Assembly: GCA_964631085.1 (NCBI GenBank)
Contig: CAZVWA010000003.1
Span: 1-43,773, forward strand
Source of the DNA: an uncultured Rubrivirga sp.
Lineage (GTDB): Bacteria; Actinomycetota; Actinomycetes; S36-B12
Direction: 5' to 3'
DNA: 43,773 nucleotides
Shown here: positions 28,287-36,718 of the stretch, in pieces
Numbering within the stretch: the stretch's first letter is position 1
How the letters are laid out: every line of letters starts with the position of its first letter
Notes under the pieces: generated by a model
What the model saw: only the letters and a program-made list of their open reading frames with translations
What the model was told of the DNA's origin: nothing
The model's database searches: none
Position numbers and translations under genes: made by a program

Positions 28287-29111
28287 GTGCGTTATGTGAA
28301 GTTGTCGCCCACCAAGGCGGCCGCGTGGGTCGACTGCCCCCGGCGCTTCTTTTACTCCTATGTCGAGCGTCGTCGGGTGAAGTCCTCGTGGGCGCACTTC
28401 ACCTACGGCAACGTCGTTCACCGTGCATTGAAAGAGTGGTTCGATCTCGAACCCGATCAGCGCTCGACGGAACTCATCGAACGGTCTGTCTTCGCCTCGT
28501 GGTCCGATGATGGTTTTCGAGACATCGAGCACTCCCGTGCCTGGAGAGATCGAGCGGTTGTGGTCGTTACGGACTATCTCGCCCAGGTGGATTCAGGTGT
28601 AGAGCCCCTCGCCACCGAGCGCACGCTGGCTTTCAAGGACGACGCTTCGGGCTTTGTGATGGAAGGACGCATCGACCGGCTCGATAATGACGGTACCGCG
28701 GTGATGGTGGTCGATTACAAGACCGGCAAGTCGGTGCCGTCCTCGGACGACGTCCGAGGTTCCGAAGCGCTGGCTATGTACGCGGTCATGGTGCAGGAAG
28801 TTCTGGGCCGCCCCTGCAGTTCGGTCGCGCTTCATCATGTGCCGTCGGGAAGCATCGTTTCCTGGCAGCACTCGGCACAGTCGCTGACTCGACAGGTAGA
28901 CCGAATGCGAGCTATCGCCTCGGATGTCCGACGGGTTGAAGACACCTGGGAATCGATCGATCAGGACGATCAGGGCCTCGATGAACTTTTTCCACCCCGG
29001 CCCGGTGGACTGTGCGGCTTCTGTGATTTTTGGGATGTGTGCAGTGCCGGGCAGCGGCACACGAACCGGCGGCAGTCGTGGGAGGGACTTCCCGAACTCC
29101 AGAGCGGGTGA
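28287..29111 (+). CDS. PD-(D/E)XK nuclease family protein (RecB/Cas4-like, four-Cys cluster)
   Basis: GRIDRLD...VVDYKTGK nuclease motif. One N-terminal Cys (WVDCPRRF) plus C-terminal CGFCDFWDVC matches the Cas4/AddB Fe-S staple pattern. Confidence 0.8.
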   Translation: MRYVKLSPTKAAAWVDCPRRFFYSYVERRRVKSSWAHFTYGNVVHRALKEWFDLEPDQRSTELIERSVFASWSDDGFRDIEHSRAWRDRAVVVVTDYLAQVDSGVEPLATERTLAFKDDASGFVMEGRIDRLDNDGTAVMVVDYKTGKSVPSSDDVRGSEALAMYAVMVQEVLGRPCSSVALHHVPSGSIVSWQHSAQSLTRQVDRMRAIASDVRRVEDTWESIDQDDQGLDELFPPRPGGLCGFCDFWDVCSAGQRHTNRRQSWEGLPELQSG

Positions 29112-29112
29112 A

Positions 29113-29484
29113 CTACCGCTGCGGGACCTCTGCCCAGACGCAGATTTGGCTGGCGCGTCGCTCGAATCCCCAGCGGTCGGTGAGCTCGTCGATCAGCAGT
29201 AGTCCCCGTCCGGCTGCTTCGGTGTCCGTAGTGGGGACTGTCCGTGGCTCACCGCTGGCATCCCCGCACACCTCGATGTGCAGTGAGTCATCGCGAACGT
29301 CCACCGTGAGGGTGATGGGCTCCGATCCGTTCCCGTGCTTCCACGCATTGGTGACGAGTTCGGTCACGACGAGTTCGGCATCGACGGCTTCGATATCCGA
29401 TGAAGCAAGTTCGCGAACATGCCAGCGTGCCGCCCCAGCAGCGGTGGAATCCATAGGCAGTTGCCAGGTGAACGTGGCCGACAT
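29113..29484 (-). CDS. ATP-binding protein of the RsbW/SpoIIAB anti-sigma kinase (HATPase_c) type
   Basis: N-box ELVVTELVTNAWKHG and G-box GRGLLLIDELTDRWG. ATG 29484 is preceded by AAGGAG. The track ORF extends to 29547. Confidence 0.75.
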   Translation of the reverse strand: MSATFTWQLPMDSTAAGAARWHVRELASSDIEAVDAELVVTELVTNAWKHGNGSEPITLTVDVRDDSLHIEVCGDASGEPRTVPTTDTEAAGRGLLLIDELTDRWGFERRASQICVWAEVPQR

Positions 29485-29517
29485 CGCGCTCCTTTGTCCG
29501 CCAACCACAATAGAGGC

Positions 29518-30291
29518 GTGGGTCGGGTTATTGCTGTGGCGAACCAAAAGGGTGGGGTCGCGAAGACGACGACCGCCATCACCGTCGCCGCGGGCCTGGT
29601 CGATAGTGGGCTGAAGGTGTTGGTCATCGACCTCGACGCCCAGGCCTGCGCCACGTTCTCCCTCGGTATCGACCCGGAGGATCTGCCCGCGGAAACGACC
29701 GATTTCCTCCTCGGTGATGCGGACTCCGAAAGGCGAGATCGAGAGCTTCGCTCAGCGATGCGGATGACCGACGATGCCGTCACGCTGCTCCCGGCCACGT
29801 TGGCACTGGCTGCAGCGGATGTGGCGCTGGCCGACCGTCCGGGTCGTGAACGAATCCTCGATCAGGCACTGCAGGGTCTGCGGACGGAGTTCGATTTCAT
29901 CATCATCGACTGTTCCCCGTCACTCGGCCTGACGACCATCAACGCACTGGTCGCCGCCGACGAGGTCATCGTGCCGTTCAAGTGCGAGACGTTGTCCCAT
30001 CGCGGTCTCGGCCAGCTGATGGAAACCATCGACCAGGTCAAGCGTTGGAGCAACCCTGGGCTTCGAATCGCAGGAATCGTCCCGACCCTCTTCGACGGTC
30101 GCACGGCCCACGCCAAGGCCGTGCTTGCTGACATCGGCCCTCGATACGGGGTTCGGGTTTTCGAGCCGATTCCCCGCAGCATCCGTTTCGCCGAAGCCCC
30201 TGCCGCGGGACGGACGATCTTGGCTACCGCGCCGAATTCAGCCGGCGCGCGCGCCTACCGACGCCTAGCGCAGGAGTTGGCTGCCGGGTGA
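29518..30291 (+). CDS. ParA/Soj family ATPase
   Basis: VIAVANQKGGVAKTT deviant Walker A and DCSPSLG. I chose GTG 29518 so that the N-terminus matches the family. The track ORF starts at 29419. Confidence 0.85.
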   Translation: MGRVIAVANQKGGVAKTTTAITVAAGLVDSGLKVLVIDLDAQACATFSLGIDPEDLPAETTDFLLGDADSERRDRELRSAMRMTDDAVTLLPATLALAAADVALADRPGRERILDQALQGLRTEFDFIIIDCSPSLGLTTINALVAADEVIVPFKCETLSHRGLGQLMETIDQVKRWSNPGLRIAGIVPTLFDGRTAHAKAVLADIGPRYGVRVFEPIPRSIRFAEAPAAGRTILATAPNSAGARAYRRLAQELAAG

Positions 30292-30316
30292 AGAGCTGGT
30301 TGAACAGTTCGGAGAA

Positions 30317-31963
30317 CTAGGCGTCGGACTGGTCGCCCGGTGACTTACCGCCACGCGTACGACGACGGCGACGCCGCGGCGAGTTGCCCTCCGAGGCAGG
30401 CTTGTCCTGGGAGCCTTTCGATGCATTCCCGCCGGAGCGATTGCGGTTGCGCTGGTTCGAGCCCCCGCCCTTGCGTTGGCGATCGCCTCGTGAGCGATCC
30501 TCGCGAGGTCGCGGGCCCCCGGTGCGCTTGCCGGTTTCCCCGACATCCTCGACCTCTTCCGCCGACAGCCCAGCACGGGTGCGCTGCGCCTTGGGGAGTC
30601 GACCGGTGGTGCCCTCGGGAATGCCGAGGCCGGTGAAGACATGCGGGCTGCTGGAGTACGTCTCGATGGGGTCCTTGAACGGCAGCTTGAGTGCTCGGTC
30701 GATCATCTGCCATCGAGCCACGTCTTCCCAATCCACCAAAGTCACGGCCACACCCGAGGCGCCGGCGCGTCCGGTGCGCCCGATTCGGTGCAGGTACGTT
30801 TTTTCGTCGTCGGGGCACTCGTAGTTGATGACGTGCGTGACGCCGTCCACGTCGATGCCGCGCGCGGCCACGTCGGTTGCGACGAGTACGTCGACCTTGC
30901 CCGATCGGAACGCGCGCAGGGCCTGCTCGCGAGCGCCCTGACCGAGGTCACCGTGCACTGAGCCGACGGCAAAGCCGCGGTCGGTGAGTTCGTCGGTGAT
31001 CTTTTGTGCCTTGCGCTTGGTGCGAGTGAAGATGATGGTGAGTCCGCGATCCTTGGCTTGCAGGACGCGGGCGAGGAGTTCGACTTTGTCCATCGGGTGC
31101 GCGCGCCACACATGCTGTTCGATGGCGTCGACCGTGGCGCTTTCATCGCCGGGATCGCTGGCTCGCATGTGGGTCGGTTGATTCATGTAGCGACGCGCGA
31201 GGGCGATGATCTGCCCGGGCATGGTTGCCGAGAACAACATGGTCTGTCGGTTCGTCGGAACCAGAGCGACAATTCGCTCGACGTCGGGGAGGAAGCCCAT
31301 GTCGAGCATCTCGTCGGCTTCGTCGAGGACCAATTCACGAACGTGGGAAAGGTCGAGGTCGCCTCGACCGGCGAGGTCGATGAGCCGCCCCGGAGTACCG
31401 ACCACCACATCGATGCCGGCACGAAGCGCGTCGATCTGGGGTTCGTAGGCGCGGCCGCCGTAAACGGACAGGACCCGGATTCCGAGTTGGGCGCCGGCGC
31501 GCTCGATGTCTGTGGCCACCTGCAGTGCCAGTTCTCGCGTGGGGCAGACGATCAGACCCTGGGGCTTGCCCTGGGCGGCCGGGGGCAGCTGGGCGTAGGC
31601 CTCGGTATTCGGTGCCGCGATCCGTTGGATCAGCGGAAGACCGAAGCCGAGTGTCTTCCCGGTTCCGGTCTTGGCCTGGCCGATGACATCGCGACCTTCG
31701 AGGGCGAGGCCCAGACACATCTCCTGAATGGGGAAGGCCGTGGTGATGCCGTGCTGTGCGAGTGCGTCGACGATAGGAGCCGCGACGCCGAGTTCGGCAA
31801 AAGTCTTGGGGTTGGCTGGTGCGGGATCGCTAGCGGGATCCGCGGAAGGAACTGATTCAGCGACCTGTTCAATGAGGTCGTCGTTCGTGGTGCTCAGGGG
31901 AAACTCCTGGGTTCGTCGGAGCGCCGGTTGCGCGTCCGAGATGGGTTGATGAGTGATCACCAA
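30317..31963 (-). CDS. DEAD-box ATP-dependent RNA helicase with Arg/Gly-rich C-terminal tail
   Basis: Q motif (FAELGV...TAFPIQ), AKTGTGKT, DEAD, SAT and HRIGRTGRAG. The start is uncertain (TTG 31963 or GTG 31960). Confidence 0.9.
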   Translation of the reverse strand: MVITHQPISDAQPALRRTQEFPLSTTNDDLIEQVAESVPSADPASDPAPANPKTFAELGVAAPIVDALAQHGITTAFPIQEMCLGLALEGRDVIGQAKTGTGKTLGFGLPLIQRIAAPNTEAYAQLPPAAQGKPQGLIVCPTRELALQVATDIERAGAQLGIRVLSVYGGRAYEPQIDALRAGIDVVVGTPGRLIDLAGRGDLDLSHVRELVLDEADEMLDMGFLPDVERIVALVPTNRQTMLFSATMPGQIIALARRYMNQPTHMRASDPGDESATVDAIEQHVWRAHPMDKVELLARVLQAKDRGLTIIFTRTKRKAQKITDELTDRGFAVGSVHGDLGQGAREQALRAFRSGKVDVLVATDVAARGIDVDGVTHVINYECPDDEKTYLHRIGRTGRAGASGVAVTLVDWEDVARWQMIDRALKLPFKDPIETYSSSPHVFTGLGIPEGTTGRLPKAQRTRAGLSAEEVEDVGETGKRTGGPRPREDRSRGDRQRKGGGSNQRNRNRSGGNASKGSQDKPASEGNSPRRRRRRTRGGKSPGDQSDA

Positions 31964-32055
31964 CGGCGGGATACGAAGTCCCGCGATATCTCCATGCTAC
32001 CGGCCAGTCGAAGCACCCCACGCCACCAGGCCCCGGTGGATACCCTTACGCCACG

Positions 32056-32763
32056 ATGATCGACGGATCCACGCCCTTCGACTCCACGGATCAGGCTCTG
32101 GCAGATCCGGAGTACCGCGCTGCGCTCGTTGACCTCTTCGGCGTCCTCGCCTATGGCGAACTCGTGGCCTTCGAGCGGCTGGCCGCCGACGCCGCGATGG
32201 CACCGCGGATCGAGGACAAGGCGGCCCTGGCGGGGATGGCAACGGCCGAGTATCGACACTTTCGATCCATTAAAGACAGGTTGGCCGAGCTCGGCGTCGA
32301 CCCGAACGAGGCCATGGAGCCGTTTCGTCGACCCATCGACGAGTTCCACGCCCACACCAAGCCGGCCGACTGGCTTGAGGGTTTGGTGAAGGCGTACGTA
32401 GGTGATGGCATCGGGACCGACTTCTATCGCGAGATCGCAGCCTTCGTGGATCCGGCTAGTCGAGAGTTGGTGCTCGACGTGTGCGAGGACTTGGGGCAGT
32501 CGGAATTCGCAGTAGACCGGGTGCGATCGGCGATCGCAGCAGACCCGCGCGTGGCGGGCCGTTTAGCTTTGTGGGGGCGGCGTCTGGTTGGTGAAGCACT
32601 TTCGCAGGCCCAACGGGTCGCGGCCGAGCGCGACGCATTGTCGACGCTCATCGTCGGTGGCATCGATCGGCCGGGTGTCGATCTCGCCGAGATCGGGCGC
32701 ATGCTCGCGCGGCTGACGGACAACCATTCCCGCCGGATGCAAGAACTCGGCCTCGCGGCCTAG
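32056..32763 (+). CDS. ferritin-like fold-containing protein
   Basis: 235 aa, helical, with repeated E..H-type motifs (GELVAFERLAADA, EYRHF). It is the conserved neighbour of the DEAD-box helicase in actinobacteria. Confidence 0.65.
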   Translation: MIDGSTPFDSTDQALADPEYRAALVDLFGVLAYGELVAFERLAADAAMAPRIEDKAALAGMATAEYRHFRSIKDRLAELGVDPNEAMEPFRRPIDEFHAHTKPADWLEGLVKAYVGDGIGTDFYREIAAFVDPASRELVLDVCEDLGQSEFAVDRVRSAIAADPRVAGRLALWGRRLVGEALSQAQRVAAERDALSTLIVGGIDRPGVDLAEIGRMLARLTDNHSRRMQELGLAA

Positions 32764-32770
32764 CGCAACG

Positions 32771-32998
32771 CTAAGAAGCGCTCCCGAAGCCGACCTTGCG
32801 GCTCGACGCGGGACCGATCTCCACATACGCGATTTTTGCCGACGGCACCAAAACGGTGCGTCCACGCGAGTCGGTCAGCGAGAGCAGTGTCCCCTTGTCG
32901 ACCGCAGTCTCGATGGCCTTGGTGACGGCCTCGGCGGCCTCCTCGGTTTCGACCGTGATCTCCCGGGGTGTGTCCACGACTCCGATCTTGATCTCCAC
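32771..32998 (-). CDS. DUF3107 domain-containing protein (TB9.4-like)
   Basis: VEIKIGVVDTPREITVETEE...VLVPSAKIAYVEIG is the hallmark sequence of this small conserved actinobacterial family. Confidence 0.8.
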   Translation of the reverse strand: MEIKIGVVDTPREITVETEEAAEAVTKAIETAVDKGTLLSLTDSRGRTVLVPSAKIAYVEIGPASSRKVGFGSAS

Positions 32999-33116
32999 CG
33001 TTGCCCAACCTTTCGTTGACGTTGCTGATTCGGTGCTCGCGGGTTTGTGGGGAAGGAAATCACCCGAGCAAGATGAGACTACGCGACCTTGCCGACACGT
33101 GCCTGCTGCGCGGTGG

Positions 33117-33803
33117 TCAGCTACCCGATTCCTCCGGGGGATGGGTGAGCGGGAAACTGCGGATTCCGCGCCAGGCGAGTGAGGCGACGAGATCCGCAGA
33201 GTCTTCGAGCGACATATCCGACTGGTCCGATGTCAGCCAACGGCTGGCCGCAACCTGGGCTAGCCCCTGCAGTCCGGATCCGAGCAGCATCGCTTGCTCG
33301 TGACTGAGGCCGGTATCAGAGGAGATGACGTCGGCGATCTTGCTGGCGATCGCCTCGTGCGCGCGATCGACCCGTTCGCGCACGGCGGATTCGTTCATCA
33401 CATCGCTCTCGAAGACGAGCCGGTAGGCGCTGTTGCGATCCGCGACGAACGAGAAGTACGCGCGCATCGTCGCGCCGACGCGCTCCTTGTTGTCAGTGGT
33501 GCTTGCAAGTGCTGCGTCGGCTGATTGCAGGAGTTCGTCGATTCCTCGATCGAGCAGCGCGAGGTAGAGCTCGAGTTTGCTGGGAAAATGTTGGTAGAGC
33601 ACCGGTTTGGAGACTCCAGCGGCTTCAGCGATTTCGTCCATTCCGGCGGCGTGGTAGCCGTTTTCCATGAAGACCTTGCGCGCTTCGGTCATGACCTGCT
33701 CACGTCGTTGCTCGCGTGGCATGCGGGTCCCGCGCGGGCCGGTCACGTCGGTCGCGTCCGGCGCATTGGGCTGCGAAACGTTGCCCGCTGGGTTTTCGGT
33801 CAT
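33117..33803 (-). CDS. TetR/AcrR family transcriptional regulator
   Basis: HTH region ARKVFMENGYHAAGMDEIAEAAGVSKPVLYQHF. Confidence 0.9.
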   Translation of the reverse strand: MTENPAGNVSQPNAPDATDVTGPRGTRMPREQRREQVMTEARKVFMENGYHAAGMDEIAEAAGVSKPVLYQHFPSKLELYLALLDRGIDELLQSADAALASTTDNKERVGATMRAYFSFVADRNSAYRLVFESDVMNESAVRERVDRAHEAIASKIADVISSDTGLSHEQAMLLGSGLQGLAQVAASRWLTSDQSDMSLEDSADLVASLAWRGIRSFPLTHPPEESGS

Positions 33804-33809
33804 CTGATC

Positions 33810-33815
33810 AGGTTA
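33810..33815 (-). promoter_or_regulatory. -10 box TAACCT (minus strand), 6 nt upstream of the TetR ATG (leaderless pattern)
   Basis: The minus strand reads TAACCT-gatcag-ATG(33803). Confidence 0.5.
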
Positions 33816-33830
33816 AACCCCCGACGGTCG

Positions 33831-33836
33831 TAGGCT
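33831..33836 (+). promoter_or_regulatory. -10 box TAGGCT, 6 nt upstream of the ABC ATPase GTG (leaderless pattern)
   Basis: TAGGCT-cggggc-GTG(33843). Confidence 0.5.
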
Positions 33837-33842
33837 CGGGGC

Positions 33843-34772
33843 GTGAGCGCTGCAGCTCCGGAAATAGTTCTGGATGTCAGAGGCGTGACGGTCCGGTACG
33901 GGTCGGCACGGGGAATCGACGACGTCACGTTGCAAGTCCCGGCGGGGCAAGTAACCGGCCTGCTAGGTCCCAATGGCTCGGGCAAGACCACGCTGCTGCG
34001 TTCAGTTCTGGATTTGGTGCACCCGAGTGCGGGTTCGATCGATGTCGCATGCGTGGACTCCAAGGATCGACGGGCACGGGCTCGAGTGGCCTATCTGCCC
34101 GGCGACTTGTCCTTCCCGGCACGGCTGAGTGGCCACGCGTTGCTCCGGCGTTTCAGCGCAGCGGGGGGCGGGCTGGAGCACTCACGTGTCGACTCCCTGG
34201 CCAAACGCTTGGGAATCGATCTCACGCGACCTGTCGGGACGCTGTCGCGAGGAAACCGGCAGAAGGTGGGCTTGGTGCTCGCGTTCGCGAAGAATTCCGA
34301 TTTGCTCCTCCTCGATGAACCCACGTCCGGACTCGACCCGCTGCTGCAACGTGAATTCGCCAGCCTCGTTCGTGAAGTCGTCGATGCCGGCAGCGCGGTC
34401 GTGCTGTCGAGTCATGTCATGTCCGAACTTGAGGATCTGGCGGACCGTGTTGCCGTTTTGCGCGAGGGACGTCTGGTAGCCGTGGAGACCATTGATCAAT
34501 TGCGTGCGCGGGCCCGGCAGCGGCTTCGCGTTCGAACCGTGGATCCCAATGCGATCTACCCGTGCTGCGAGCGGCTATCGAGCATCCCGGGTGTGGAGGC
34601 GCGCATCATCGATTCGATGATCGAAGTCACCTACGTAGGAGATGTCGACGGCATCATCAAGACCCTGGCCACCTTCTCCGTGCAGAGCGTGGAGTCCGTG
34701 GGTGGCGAACTCGATGAAGTTCTCTTGGACTTCTATTCCGATGAGCGCTTTGCACCGAAGGGTGGTGCGTGA
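33843..34772 (+). CDS. ABC transporter ATP-binding protein
   Basis: Walker A GPNGSGKTT, signature LSRGNRQKV, Walker B LLLLDEP. Confidence 0.9.
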   Translation: MSAAAPEIVLDVRGVTVRYGSARGIDDVTLQVPAGQVTGLLGPNGSGKTTLLRSVLDLVHPSAGSIDVACVDSKDRRARARVAYLPGDLSFPARLSGHALLRRFSAAGGGLEHSRVDSLAKRLGIDLTRPVGTLSRGNRQKVGLVLAFAKNSDLLLLDEPTSGLDPLLQREFASLVREVVDAGSAVVLSSHVMSELEDLADRVAVLREGRLVAVETIDQLRARARQRLRVRTVDPNAIYPCCERLSSIPGVEARIIDSMIEVTYVGDVDGIIKTLATFSVQSVESVGGELDEVLLDFYSDERFAPKGGA

Positions 34773-34776
34773 GGTC

Positions 34777-35565
34777 ATGTCCGTACTCGTCTCCGATTTG
34801 CGGCTGCGCTGGCGTTCGCTGCTGTGGTGGACAGTCGCCGTTCTGGCCCTGTCCGCTCTCGTGGCTTCCTTCTACAAATCGATCGCGGGGGAGAACGCAT
34901 ACGAAGACGTATTCGGGAGCTTGCCGGAATCACTGCAGGGTCTGCTCGGGGGCGTGGACCTCGGCACGCCGGTCGGCTACCTGTCGACCGAGATGTACTC
35001 GTTCTTCATGCCGGCCGTTCTGCTGGTCTTCGCCATCGGGCGTGCTACGTCATCCTTGGCGGGCGAGGAAGAGGACCACACGCTGGATCTCCTGCTCGCC
35101 CAACCGGTGAGTCGCACGGCGTTGTATCTGCAGAAAGTCCTGGGAGTCGTCATCGGCGTCGCGATCTTGTCGATAGCCGTCGCGATCCCGGTCATCGCCC
35201 TGGCCGAGTGGTCGGAATTGAAGGTCCCCGCTGCGAACATGTGGGCGGCAACGGCTCAACTATTCGCCTTCGTGATGTTCCTTGCGATGTTGGCGCTGGC
35301 GGTGTCGGCGGCGGTCGGTAGACGTTCTCTGGGCATGGGCGTCGCTGCCGGGCTTGCCTTCGTCTCCTATCTCATCGATGGCTTCGGGAAATCAATCGAG
35401 TGGCTCGAACCGTGGCGGGTACTCACTCCCTGGTACTGGTACGACGTCAGTGCGGCGCTGACGGACGGCATGCCCTGGGGATCCTTCGCGGTTCTGGTTG
35501 CCGCGTCGATCGTCGTGGGTGCGCTGGGTCTGGTCGGATTCAACCGTCGTAATCTGCGGGCGTGA
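34777..35565 (+). CDS. ABC-2 type transporter permease
   Basis: About 6 TM helices. The start could be ATG 34777 or GTG 34762/34765. The track ORF starts at 34642, inside the ATPase gene. Confidence 0.75.
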   Translation: MSVLVSDLRLRWRSLLWWTVAVLALSALVASFYKSIAGENAYEDVFGSLPESLQGLLGGVDLGTPVGYLSTEMYSFFMPAVLLVFAIGRATSSLAGEEEDHTLDLLLAQPVSRTALYLQKVLGVVIGVAILSIAVAIPVIALAEWSELKVPAANMWAATAQLFAFVMFLAMLALAVSAAVGRRSLGMGVAAGLAFVSYLIDGFGKSIEWLEPWRVLTPWYWYDVSAALTDGMPWGSFAVLVAASIVVGALGLVGFNRRNLRA

Positions 35566-36497
35566 CGACTGCGGTTCGGCCCGAGCGGCCCTTCGAAAGG
35601 CACGAGGCTCTCCTCGCGCAGCGCACCCTGTTCTACCGCCATGCGCCGGCCGGCGATCCGGATGCTCCCGTCGCGGTGTTCCTGCACGGACTTGGCGGGT
35701 CCGCGCTGAATTGGACGGACTTCATGGGTCGCATGAGCGACAGTTTGGACTGCTACGCGCTCGACCTGCATGGTTTTGGAGCATCACCACCACCTCGTGA
35801 CGGCGACATGACTCCTCGCGGTCACGCCCGAGCAGTCGCTGACTTCATTCTCGAACGCGACCTCGGTCCCGTTCACCTGTTCGGTAACTCGATGGGCGGG
35901 GCGATCGCACTCCAACTAGCGGCCCGTCGACCTGACCTGACACGCAGTCTGACGTTGATCTCACCCGCGATGCCGAGTTTGACCTACGCAACGAAGGGCA
36001 ACCTCCATCTCCCTGTGATTTCAGTCCCCGGAGTAGGCGAGCGTTTGATCCCGAAGTTCGTTGAGACCACCACGCCCGAGCAGCGAGTCCAGGCGACCAT
36101 CGACGGTTGCTTCGCCGATCCATCACGAATGCCGGCGGACCGTTTCAGCGAAGCTATCGAGGAGGTCACGGCCCGCGACGCGCGTCCGTATGCGCACGAC
36201 GCCTTCCTGACCTCCTTGCGCGGTTTGCTGCGGACCTACCTCGACCCCGGACCCAACCGACCGTGGAAGTTGGCGACGAAGGTCGCTGCTCCGACGCTGC
36301 TGATCTATGGGCGAAAGGATCCGCTCGTGGATTCGCGAACCGCCCATCGCGCCACCAAGTACTTCCGGGATGCGCACGTTGTGGTCCTTCCCGACAGTGG
36401 CCACGTGGCTCAGATGGAGCATCCGGAGTTCGTCGAAGCAGCCTGGGATCGATTCATCGGGTCTTCGCCGCTCGCGTCCAGCACTCTTCCTCGATAG
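35562..36497 (+). CDS. alpha/beta hydrolase
   Basis: GTGA overlap with the permease stop. HGLGGS oxyanion region, GNSMGG nucleophile elbow, and C-terminal GHVAQMEHP. Confidence 0.85.
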   Translation: MTTAVRPERPFERHEALLAQRTLFYRHAPAGDPDAPVAVFLHGLGGSALNWTDFMGRMSDSLDCYALDLHGFGASPPPRDGDMTPRGHARAVADFILERDLGPVHLFGNSMGGAIALQLAARRPDLTRSLTLISPAMPSLTYATKGNLHLPVISVPGVGERLIPKFVETTTPEQRVQATIDGCFADPSRMPADRFSEAIEEVTARDARPYAHDAFLTSLRGLLRTYLDPGPNRPWKLATKVAAPTLLIYGRKDPLVDSRTAHRATKYFRDAHVVVLPDSGHVAQMEHPEFVEAAWDRFIGSSPLASSTLPR

Positions 36498-36718
36498 CGA
36501 GTTATCCACAGCCCGAAAATCGGGTCTTCCGCTAGTTGCCGGTATCCCGGGTCTGGAGATCGTCTCGTTGGTTGCGACGCCCTATGACGTGACGACCACC
36601 CTTCGCGCCCCGATTCGAACGGCCTTCTGGCCGTTGGATGCAACGATCACGGTGGAATCGACGGCCCGGTTGGACTACGTCGGCTAGCGCTCCGGGGCGC
36701 GCCGTACTCTTTCCCCTC

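Noticed and set aside
36613-36618. LexA/SOS-box half sites (TCGAAC) here and at about 41437, and a PafBC/RecA-NDp-like GTCGG motif upstream of the nuclease (28245-28270).
   Set aside because: No matching second half-site (GTTCGA) at the N4 spacing. The GTCGG strings are not at the required 8-nt distance from a TAnnnT box.
36604-36700. Possible tRNA or tRNA fragment upstream of prfB. It has a GATTCGAAC T-loop-like string and complementary 7-mers gcgcccc/ggggcgc about 85 nt apart.
   Set aside because: I tried to fold it as a cloverleaf on both strands. The would-be T-stem pairs at only 3 of 5 positions, and no D-arm or anticodon arm can be formed. There is no CCA or discriminator context either. 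It is kept only as unexplained structure in the corresponding finding.
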